The translations under genes and the position numbers were made by a program. The notes beneath the pieces were generated by a model. The model saw only the letters and a program-made list of their open reading frames with translations, made no database searches and had not been told where the DNA came from. Below are positions 56,687-64,000 of a DNA stretch of 64,000 bases, piece after piece (positions within the stretch are counted from its first letter, which is position 1; each line of letters begins with the position of its first letter). The stretch is taken from NCBI GenBank assembly GCA_031409335.1, contig JANNWY010000083.1, positions 64,001-128,000 on the forward strand, in the 5' to 3' direction. The stretch comes from Chthoniobacteraceae bacterium. GTDB taxonomy: Bacteria; Verrucomicrobiota; Verrucomicrobiia; Chthoniobacterales; Chthoniobacteraceae.

Positions 56687-58219
56687 ATGAAAGCATTTCT
56701 CCAACAACTCACCCAACTCTGGAAGCAACTCGGCCTGAACCAGCGCGTGACACTCGGCGTGGCCACCGTCGGCGTGATCGCCGGTCTCGTCGCGCTCGTC
56801 GTCTGGTCGCACCGCTCGCAGATGCAGCTCCTCTACGGACGGCTCGGGGAAAAGGACATCGCGGAAGTGCTCACCGCAGTGCAGGCTGCGGGCGTGCAAT
56901 ACGAAATCGGAACGGGCGGAAACTCCGTCTATGTTCCGAGCGATCAGGTCCACAAACTGCGGATGCAACTTGCCGCGAAGGGCGTGCCGGCGGGCGAAGG
57001 CGTGGGGTTTGAAATCTTCGACCGCGCGAATTTTGGCATCAGCGATTTCGTGCAACGCACCAACTACGTTCGTGCGCTTCAGGGCGAACTCTCACGCACG
57101 ATCTCGCAACTCAACGGGATTCAGTCCGCGCGCGTCTTGATCGTCGTTCCGGAAAACCGCCTGCTCTTTTCCGACGTGAAGGCGAAGCCAACCGCGTCGG
57201 TTTTCGTGGAGGGAAATATCGGCACCGAGTCGGTGAACTCCATCCGCTTTCTGGTGGCAAACGCGGTGGAAGGGCTGCGCGCCGATGATGTCGCCGTCGT
57301 GGATCACCGCGGGAATGTGCTCACCGAAGGGCTGAAGGACGACCCCACGCTCGGCACTGCATCGAGCCAGATGAAGCTCCGCAAAAGCGTGGAGGACTAC
57401 TTTGCAAACAAAGTGGAAACCATGCTCGCGAAAGTGCTCGGGCCGGGCAGCGCAGTGGTCCGCGTGTCTGCCGATTTGGATGTCGAAAGCAGCACCCGCA
57501 CGGAGGAAAGATTTGATCCAGACGGTCAAGTGCTCCGCTCGGACACATCGACCGAAGATTCGACGGTCACGACCGAGTCCGATGCCGCGAAGGGAGGCAC
57601 CGCGGGCGTAACGCCAAACACCCCGCAGCAGAATGCGGCGGAATCCAACGGCAAGGGTCCGGGTAAAAACAGCGAGCAAATCCGCAAGAACAAATCGCTC
57701 AACTACGAGATCAACCACACGACGCTCAGCAGCGTTCGCGCGCCCGGCACCGTCTCGCGCGTGACCGCGGCGGTGTTCGTCGCGACCAAGGCGACGCCGC
57801 GCACGCCGGCTGAGATGGATTCGCTGCGCAAGATGGTGATCAACGCGCTCGGCTTGAAGGCGGCCGACGAGAAGGAAGCGGCGAAGATCGTATCGCTGGA
57901 AGAGGTGGCGTTTGACAATGCGCCCGCGCAGAAGGCGGGGTTCGTCGATCTCGCGCTGCGCAACACCGACCTGCTGAAGAACGGCTTCGCCATTCTCGTC
58001 GCGCTGGGGTTGATCGTCTTCTTCCTGCGCATGGTGAAGCGCGCCAAGCCGGATGAAATCCCGATCGAAGTCTTCTCGCCGATCAACGCTGGCGCGAACG
58101 GCGCGGACGCGAACAAGCCGGCGATCTCCGTGGAATTGCTGAATGAAATGATCCGCCAAAAACCGGAGAACGTGGGCGCTGCACTGCGCGACTGGATGAG
58201 CACAAACGGGAACAACTAA
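56687..58219 (+). CDS. fliF: Flagellar MS-ring protein FliF
   Basis: VGFEIFD, RALQGELSRTI, PTASV, NYEIN, two TMs. Confidence 0.95.
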   Translation: MKAFLQQLTQLWKQLGLNQRVTLGVATVGVIAGLVALVVWSHRSQMQLLYGRLGEKDIAEVLTAVQAAGVQYEIGTGGNSVYVPSDQVHKLRMQLAAKGVPAGEGVGFEIFDRANFGISDFVQRTNYVRALQGELSRTISQLNGIQSARVLIVVPENRLLFSDVKAKPTASVFVEGNIGTESVNSIRFLVANAVEGLRADDVAVVDHRGNVLTEGLKDDPTLGTASSQMKLRKSVEDYFANKVETMLAKVLGPGSAVVRVSADLDVESSTRTEERFDPDGQVLRSDTSTEDSTVTTESDAAKGGTAGVTPNTPQQNAAESNGKGPGKNSEQIRKNKSLNYEINHTTLSSVRAPGTVSRVTAAVFVATKATPRTPAEMDSLRKMVINALGLKAADEKEAAKIVSLEEVAFDNAPAQKAGFVDLALRNTDLLKNGFAILVALGLIVFFLRMVKRAKPDEIPIEVFSPINAGANGADANKPAISVELLNEMIRQKPENVGAALRDWMSTNGNN

Positions 58220-59233
58220 ATGCCCATCGATTACGGCAAACTCACCCGGATTCAAAAGACCGCCGCGTTTCTCATCACGATCGGCATCGAGGCTGCCGCG
58301 GAAGTGATGAAGCACATCGACAACTCGCAACTCGAACTCATCTGCCGCGAGATCGCGAATCTGCCGGTCATCGAGCCCGGCGTGCAACGCGAGATCGTGA
58401 AAGAATTTGCCGGCGTGATTTCCGAAGGACTTGGCACGGCGCTGGGCGGAATCGCCTTTGCCCAGGCGGCGCTTGATCGCGCGAAGGGAGGATTTGCCGC
58501 GAGCGCGATTTTGAACCGCTCGTCGCCCGGTCCGCGGAGCGGTGTGGGCGAGGAAATCCGCCAGATGGAAGGACGCCAGGTGTTGAATTTGGTGAAGGCG
58601 GAACAGCCGCAAACGGTCGCATTCATTTTGTCGTGCATGGATATTCCGAAGGCGGCGGAACTCCTGAAAATGCTCGCGCCGGAGATGCGCGAGGAGGTGA
58701 TCGAGCGGCTCGGCGGCATGGAAGGCACGTCGCCGGACAGCATTCAAAAAGTTTCGAGAAACCTTTACCGCCGCTTCGACCGCCGCGCCATGCAGCAGGG
58801 CGTGCATCAAGCCGGCGGCGCGGACGCCTGCGCGGGAATCCTCAACGCGCTGGACAAGGAATCGCGCAAGACCCTGCTCGCGAAAATCGAGGAGCGAAAT
58901 GCGCCGCTCGGGGCCGCGATTCGCAAGATCGTCTTCAGCTTCGAGGACATCGTGCGCCTGTCTCAAACGGATCGTCAGCGCGTGATGCGCGAAGTGGATT
59001 CCGCGGACCTCGTCCCGGCGCTGAAATCCGTGAAGCTCGCCGTTTCGGAGGCGGTGCTGAGCTGCATGTCCAAACGTGCCGCGGAATCGCTGCGGGAGGA
59101 AATCGACATGCTGCCCACGCCGCGCGCGAAAGATGTGGAGGCTGCGCAGGATCGCATCATCGCCGTCATCCGGCGCCTGGAGGAGGCGGAGGAAATCACG
59201 CTCGACGCCGAGGAGGAGGCCGCCAGTGCTTGA
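58220..59233 (+). CDS. fliG: Flagellar motor switch protein FliG
   Basis: KTAAFLI, GGIAFA, EQPQTVAFIL, FSFEDI, MSKRAA, VEAAQDRI. Confidence 0.95.
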   Translation: MPIDYGKLTRIQKTAAFLITIGIEAAAEVMKHIDNSQLELICREIANLPVIEPGVQREIVKEFAGVISEGLGTALGGIAFAQAALDRAKGGFAASAILNRSSPGPRSGVGEEIRQMEGRQVLNLVKAEQPQTVAFILSCMDIPKAAELLKMLAPEMREEVIERLGGMEGTSPDSIQKVSRNLYRRFDRRAMQQGVHQAGGADACAGILNALDKESRKTLLAKIEERNAPLGAAIRKIVFSFEDIVRLSQTDRQRVMREVDSADLVPALKSVKLAVSEAVLSCMSKRAAESLREEIDMLPTPRAKDVEAAQDRIIAVIRRLEEAEEITLDAEEEAASA

Positions 59234-59798
59234 GCCGATCCGGCTTCACGCCTCGCCGAAACGAATCGCGCTTGCCGCGCCGAGGGGGGAATCCACTTTC
59301 TCCGAAGACGATGTGGAAGCCGCACGCCGCGATGGCTATCGCCGCGGCTCGGAAGAAGCGACCCGGCTGCTCGAGCGGCAGATGATCGAGCAGCGCGCCG
59401 CGATGGTGGCGCTGCAATCGGAGACCTTCACGGCGGTCACGCAGCAGCGCGATTTGCTCGTGCAGCAAATGCGCGAAGTCGTTCCCGAACTCGTGCTGGA
59501 AGCGGTGGCGCGCGTCCTTGCCGACACGGATATGGATCGCGAAAAAGTCGTCCGCATCGCGAATGATCTACTCTGCGAAGTCGCACCTGGACGCGAGGAA
59601 ATCGAACTGCAACTTTCCCCGCACGATCTCGAACTGATCGAGGGTTACGAAGGCGGTTTCCGCGAAAAACATCCTGCGATTACTTTCCGCGCGAACACCG
59701 AACTGCGCTCCGGCGATTGCAGGATCGTGGGCAGGTTCGGCTTCATTGACGGCACGCTCGCCACAAAACTCCGCGCCCTCGACGGCTTCATGCGATGA
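59226..59798 (+). CDS. fliH: Flagellar assembly protein FliH
   Basis: GxxxG (DGYRRG), LSPHDL, GDCRI...IDG; lies between fliG and fliI; GTG start. Confidence 0.8.
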   Translation: MLEPIRLHASPKRIALAAPRGESTFSEDDVEAARRDGYRRGSEEATRLLERQMIEQRAAMVALQSETFTAVTQQRDLLVQQMREVVPELVLEAVARVLADTDMDREKVVRIANDLLCEVAPGREEIELQLSPHDLELIEGYEGGFREKHPAITFRANTELRSGDCRIVGRFGFIDGTLATKLRALDGFMR

Positions 59799-61132
59799 TC
59801 GCCTCCGCGCCCCCTTCCGGCAGTTCCGCAATGCTCGATCACTTTCGCGCGCGCCTGCGGACGGATCGCCCGGTGCGCCGCGTGGGCCGCGTCGTTCGGA
59901 TCACCGGACTGCTCATCGAGTCCGATGGCCCGAATCTCGCGATGGGAGAAGTCTGCCGCATTCAATCGCCGGGCGACGACGCGCCGATCTTTGCCGAGGT
60001 GGTGGGATTTCGCGAGCATCGTCTTTTACTCATGCCGCTGGGTGAAACGCTCCGCCTTCGATCCGGCAGCGAGGTCATCGCATCATCGTTTGCCTCGCAG
60101 ATTCCCGCGGGACCCGAGCTGCTCGGGCGGGTGCTCGGCGGGCTGGGTCAGCCGATGGATGGAAAGGGACCGCTCGGCGGCAAACGAAAGCGGCACCTTC
60201 ACAACGCGCCGCCACATCCCCTCACCCGCCAGCGTATCCGCGCGCCGCTCGCCACCGGAGTGCGTGCGATCGACGCATTCACACCGGTCGGCTGCGGCCA
60301 GCGCCTTGGCATCTTTGCCGGCAGCGGCGTCGGAAAATCGACCCTGCTCGGGATGATGGCGCGCAGCGCCGAGAGCGATGTGAACGTGATCGCGCTGGTC
60401 GGTGAGCGCGGTCGCGAGTTGCGCGAATTCATCGAGAAAGACCTCGGCGAGGAAGGGCTCGCGCGGTCCGTCCTGGTGTGCGCGACATCCGATCAGCCAG
60501 CGCTGGTGCGGCTTCGCGCGGCATCGCTCGCCACAGCGATCGCGGAGGATTTTCGCGACGCGGGAAAACGCGTGCTGTTCATGATGGATTCCGTCACGCG
60601 ATTCGCGATGGCGCAGCGCGAGATCGGGCTCGCCGTCGGTGAAGCGCCGAGCAGCCGCGGTTACACGCCATCCGTTTTTTCGCTGCTGCCGCGTTTGCTC
60701 GAGCGCACCGGCGCTTCGGAGCACGGCTCGATCACTGCGTTTTACACGGTGCTCGTGGAAGGCGACGACATGAACGAACCGATCGCCGACGCCGTGCGCG
60801 GCATCCTCGACGGCCACATCGTCCTGACGCGGAAGCTCGCGACCGGGAATCATTTTCCGGCGATCGATGTGCTCGAAAGTGTGAGCCGGTTGATCGGCGA
60901 CATCTGCACGCCGGAGGAGCAGGCGGCAGCTTCTGCCGGTCGCGATCTGCTCGCGCTCTATCGGGAAAATGAGGACCTCGTAAATATCGGAGCGTATGCG
61001 AAAGGCGCGAATCCCCGCCTTGATATCGCCATCGCGAAACACGAACCGCTCGTGCGTTTCCTCCGCCAGACCGTGAGCGAACCATCGACCCGGGCCGAGG
61101 CGTTTGGACGGCTCCAGGAGGTGCTGCGTTGA
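59795..61132 (+). CDS. fliI: Flagellar export ATPase FliI
   Basis: GIFAGSGVGKSTLLGM, GERGRE, MDSVTRFAMAQRE, LDGHIVL. Confidence 0.96.
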   Translation: MIASAPPSGSSAMLDHFRARLRTDRPVRRVGRVVRITGLLIESDGPNLAMGEVCRIQSPGDDAPIFAEVVGFREHRLLLMPLGETLRLRSGSEVIASSFASQIPAGPELLGRVLGGLGQPMDGKGPLGGKRKRHLHNAPPHPLTRQRIRAPLATGVRAIDAFTPVGCGQRLGIFAGSGVGKSTLLGMMARSAESDVNVIALVGERGRELREFIEKDLGEEGLARSVLVCATSDQPALVRLRAASLATAIAEDFRDAGKRVLFMMDSVTRFAMAQREIGLAVGEAPSSRGYTPSVFSLLPRLLERTGASEHGSITAFYTVLVEGDDMNEPIADAVRGILDGHIVLTRKLATGNHFPAIDVLESVSRLIGDICTPEEQAAASAGRDLLALYRENEDLVNIGAYAKGANPRLDIAIAKHEPLVRFLRQTVSEPSTRAEAFGRLQEVLR

Positions 61133-61587
61133 AGGCATTCGCCTTTCGCCTGGAAACCGTGCTCACGCTCCGCATCCGTGACGAGGAACGGGCGCGCGCG
61201 TGGTGCGCCAGTGCGCTGAAAGACCAATCGGAGGCGGCGCTGGCGCTCGCCACGGGCAATCGCGATCTCGAAGCATGTCATGCCGCGCTTTCGCTTCACC
61301 GCTCCGGCCGGACGAATCGCACCGAGCAAATCCTGCTGCTGAGTGCGCTGCAACAGCAGCAATCGAATTGCGAACGCCTCGTGACGCGTCGCATCGCGGC
61401 CGATCGCGAAGTGGCGCTGCGACGCGGCGCGATGCTCGCCGCGCGGCGCAAACGGGAAATGCTCTCGAATCTCAAGGAGCGCCAGAGCCTCGCGCACCGG
61501 ATCGCGCGGGAGCGGCAGGATGAGGCGGCCATCTCCGACATCATCTCCGCACGGCATGTGCTGAGTATGCGGGAGGCTCACACATGA
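61129..61587 (+). CDS. fliJ: Flagellar export protein FliJ
   Basis: FAFRLETVL N-terminus, coiled coil, position after fliI. Confidence 0.8.
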   Translation: MKAFAFRLETVLTLRIRDEERARAWCASALKDQSEAALALATGNRDLEACHAALSLHRSGRTNRTEQILLLSALQQQQSNCERLVTRRIAADREVALRRGAMLAARRKREMLSNLKERQSLAHRIARERQDEAAISDIISARHVLSMREAHT

Positions 61588-62195
61588 AAATGCTCACATC
61601 CAGTTGGGGCATCGCGTTCATCGCGATGCTGCTAAACATCGGCACCACGATCATGATGATCCTGCCGGCGATTGGCGCGCTGCAGGACACCTACGTCGAG
61701 ATTCCCGAGAAGACCTCGATGGCCGCGCGGATGTGGGGCTTCAAAACGGAAGCGGTGGATGAACTGATCAAGGAACTGGAGACCGAGCGTAAGAATCTTG
61801 AGACGCAACAAAAGGGTGTGCTCGCCGTGCAAAGCCAGAACGCCGCGGAGCGCGAGGAGCTGGACAAAGTGCGCGTCGAAATCGCCGCGATGCGAGCGTC
61901 GATCGACGAGATGGTGGTCGAAATCCAGGAGCAGGAATTGAAAAATCTCAAGACGCTCGCGAACACCTACAGCGCGATGAATCCATCCGCCATCGTCGCG
62001 ATCTTTCGCGAGCTGGAGGAGAACATGGCGGTGAAGGTGCTCTCCTTCATGAAGCCCGATCGCGTCGGTCCGATTCTCGGTGAGATGGCCAAGGCAGTGG
62101 ATACCGCCAGCGGAGAGTCGATGGCGAAACGCGCTGCGCGCATCACCGACAAACTGCGGCTCCTGAAGCCATTGAAAAAAGAAACTCCTGTATGA
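61584..62195 (+). CDS. MotE/YlxF/FlbB-like flagellar protein (TM, coiled coil, MgtE_N-like)
   Basis: LANTYSAMNP...AVKVLSFMKP...ILGEM; position between fliJ and fliK. Confidence 0.75.
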   Translation: MKMLTSSWGIAFIAMLLNIGTTIMMILPAIGALQDTYVEIPEKTSMAARMWGFKTEAVDELIKELETERKNLETQQKGVLAVQSQNAAEREELDKVRVEIAAMRASIDEMVVEIQEQELKNLKTLANTYSAMNPSAIVAIFRELEENMAVKVLSFMKPDRVGPILGEMAKAVDTASGESMAKRAARITDKLRLLKPLKKETPV

Positions 62196-63856
62196 ACGAG
62201 ATCTGCCAATCCACCCTTCCGATCGCACCCGCCTTGCCAAGCGCGGGAGCACTTGGCGCAGTCGATCCTGACTCATCGGAGCGTGTTGCGAACTTTGCCC
62301 TCCTCCTGCAGCAACTCTGCAGTGAAACTGCCGACGCGGGTCAGACGGATCATTTTCCCATACCCGCGGACGAGATCGCGGAACTGCCCACGGACGTTGA
62401 AGCGAGGGACGTCGCGGATCCAGCGGAGAATCTGGGAATGTTTGCGTGGCCAAATGTGCCAATCGCAACTCCTGCTCCGATCCGCGCGATCGATGCGGCA
62501 CTGGAAGACACTACGCTGGAAAGACGCCCGCCCGTTTCCACCGATGCGGAGGCGACGATTGCTACGCCAACGGTGGCCGCCGACGATGAGGCTTCGATTC
62601 CCGCCGACCTGCGAAAGACGCAGTGGGTTGCGCCGGACCCATTGGTTTCGCAGCCTTTGCCAAAGGCCTCCGATGAGCCTTTGCTGAAGCCCATCGCGCC
62701 TCCTGTTAAACTACAATTGGACTTAGATGCCGCCGCGCCACGGGAAACCAAGCCGACGCTGGAAGTCGCGAACGTGCTGGGCATCATTCCTCCGGTGCAG
62801 ACGCCGCAGATCACCCGCGTCGAGTCTGTGATTCGCGACACCCGGCAGCCAAACGCGAAGCGCGTCGCCACGGCTCCGATCAGCAGCGCGCCACCAGTCC
62901 ACGGTAGCACGACTGTCAGCAATGAACCGGCAATCACTGCCGGGACGACCGCGACGGCACCGGCAATTTCAACCGCGCAGATCGCTCAACCGGCCCGTGC
63001 GGAAAGTAGAAATATTCCAACCGCCGCGCAGCCTGTGGATTCCGCGCCAGCGGTGACGAATGCCACAGCCCTTCCCACACCGGAAAAAACGAATGGCACG
63101 ACGGCTGCTAAACCGGGCTTCGAGATGTCAGCGACCACCTTCCAAAGACCGCAACGCCCCGCCGAAGCAGATCCCGCCGCGCTTGCGCCGCGTGAGATCG
63201 CTTCGCTGCCGATATCGTCTAAAGGAATGCAAACACCGCGAACTGCGCCAATCCAAACCACGCAGAATGCCCGTGAACAATTCGCGGGCGACAGGCCGAG
63301 CGGAGAAGAACCTTTAGCTTCGCCGACTCCCGATATTTCGTTTGCCAGCGTCCCCGCCCAGTCGGTGCGCGCGACCCTTGCTGAACCTACTGCGGCTCCG
63401 ATCCGCGCGGCGGATGTCGAGCGTGTCGTGACGCACACCTTGCACGCCGCCGAGAGCCTGCGGACGAGCGGCCAGGATCGCGTGGAAGTAACCTTGAAAC
63501 TCGACAACGGTAGCGGACTAACGATCCAGCTTCGTCTGGAGAACGGCGGGATCATGCCAGTCTTTCGCACAGAATCGGAGGCGCTGCGCGTGGCGCTGGA
63601 GCAAAACTGGGCGCAGTTCACGCAACGCGGCGGTGATCACGAATTGCGCATCACAAACCCGGTCTTCGAGTCGCCGCAAACATCATCGAACATGTCGGAT
63701 CTCAACCAACAGCGCGATGGGCGTCAGCGCGCATTTCAAGAACAGGGCGGCACATTTCCACAGCACTACTGGCCGCGGCGCAACTCACGCGCGAACGCCC
63801 CGCGCCCCGCAACTCCCGGCAGAGCGCCCCAGCCGGGCGTGCGCCTTTACGCATAA
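62192..63856 (+). CDS. fliK: Flagellar hook-length control protein FliK-like
   Basis: Long Pro/Ala/Thr-rich region, compact C-terminal domain (VEVTLKL...LRVALEQNWAQF), upstream of flgD. Confidence 0.7.
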   Translation: MNEICQSTLPIAPALPSAGALGAVDPDSSERVANFALLLQQLCSETADAGQTDHFPIPADEIAELPTDVEARDVADPAENLGMFAWPNVPIATPAPIRAIDAALEDTTLERRPPVSTDAEATIATPTVAADDEASIPADLRKTQWVAPDPLVSQPLPKASDEPLLKPIAPPVKLQLDLDAAAPRETKPTLEVANVLGIIPPVQTPQITRVESVIRDTRQPNAKRVATAPISSAPPVHGSTTVSNEPAITAGTTATAPAISTAQIAQPARAESRNIPTAAQPVDSAPAVTNATALPTPEKTNGTTAAKPGFEMSATTFQRPQRPAEADPAALAPREIASLPISSKGMQTPRTAPIQTTQNAREQFAGDRPSGEEPLASPTPDISFASVPAQSVRATLAEPTAAPIRAADVERVVTHTLHAAESLRTSGQDRVEVTLKLDNGSGLTIQLRLENGGIMPVFRTESEALRVALEQNWAQFTQRGGDHELRITNPVFESPQTSSNMSDLNQQRDGRQRAFQEQGGTFPQHYWPRRNSRANAPRPATPGRAPQPGVRLYA

Positions 63857-63860
63857 CTTT

Positions 63861-64000
63861 ATGGACATCGCCAGCGTTACCTCCGTCAACAAAACGAACT
63901 TCCTCGATCCTGAAGTGGCCACCCGGGCTGTGGGCAAACAGAACCTGGACGTAAACGACTTTCTGAAGCTGCTCACCGTGCAGCTCCAGTCCCAGGACCC
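63861..64000 (+). CDS. flgD: Flagellar hook capping protein FlgD (partial)
   Basis: Manual translation MDIASV...LDVNDFLKLLTVQLQSQDP. Confidence 0.9.
   Translation, partial: MDIASVTSVNKTNFLDPEVATRAVGKQNLDVNDFLKLLTVQLQSQD

Noticed and set aside
56687..61587. Non-flagellar type III secretion system
   Set aside because: flgB, flgC, fliE, fliG and flgD identify a flagellum

Overview
GC-rich bacterial chromosomal window. It is most consistent with a Verrucomicrobiota (Chthoniobacter-like) genome; this is inferred from PEP-CTERM proteins, a PVC-type CxxCH protein, DUF1080 and a MoxR/BatA/prenyltransferase-repeat operon. In order it holds: a MarR-RND efflux operon (cut by the left edge), a XylR-type regulator, proA, an orphan contractile tail-sheath gene behind thiH-thiS, tamB-tamA plus a large beta-barrel protein, a sugar-binding protein, a DUF4394 PEP-CTERM protein, a P450, aspS, guaA and two tandem secreted CotH kinases. 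Next is a disrupted dcm...vsr locus containing an AP2-AP2-DUF2971-like fusion and a Y1 (IS200/RAYT) transposase with palindromic inverted ends. Then come a six-gene MoxR operon, a probable copper module, DUF1080 plus a ThuA/PVC-heme protein, and the start of a flagellar operon (flgB to flgD) with sigma-54 promoters. The copper module comprises a membrane protein with PmoC-like motifs, a His1 two-TM protein, a PEP-CTERM protein with an ATCUN-like N-terminus, and a CusF-SCO fusion. No rRNA, tRNA or CRISPR array was seen. The best candidates for new biology are the copper module, the AP2-DUF2971 gene, the solo sheath and two candidate ECF-sigma small RNAs. All family calls come from recognising motifs by eye; no searches were run.
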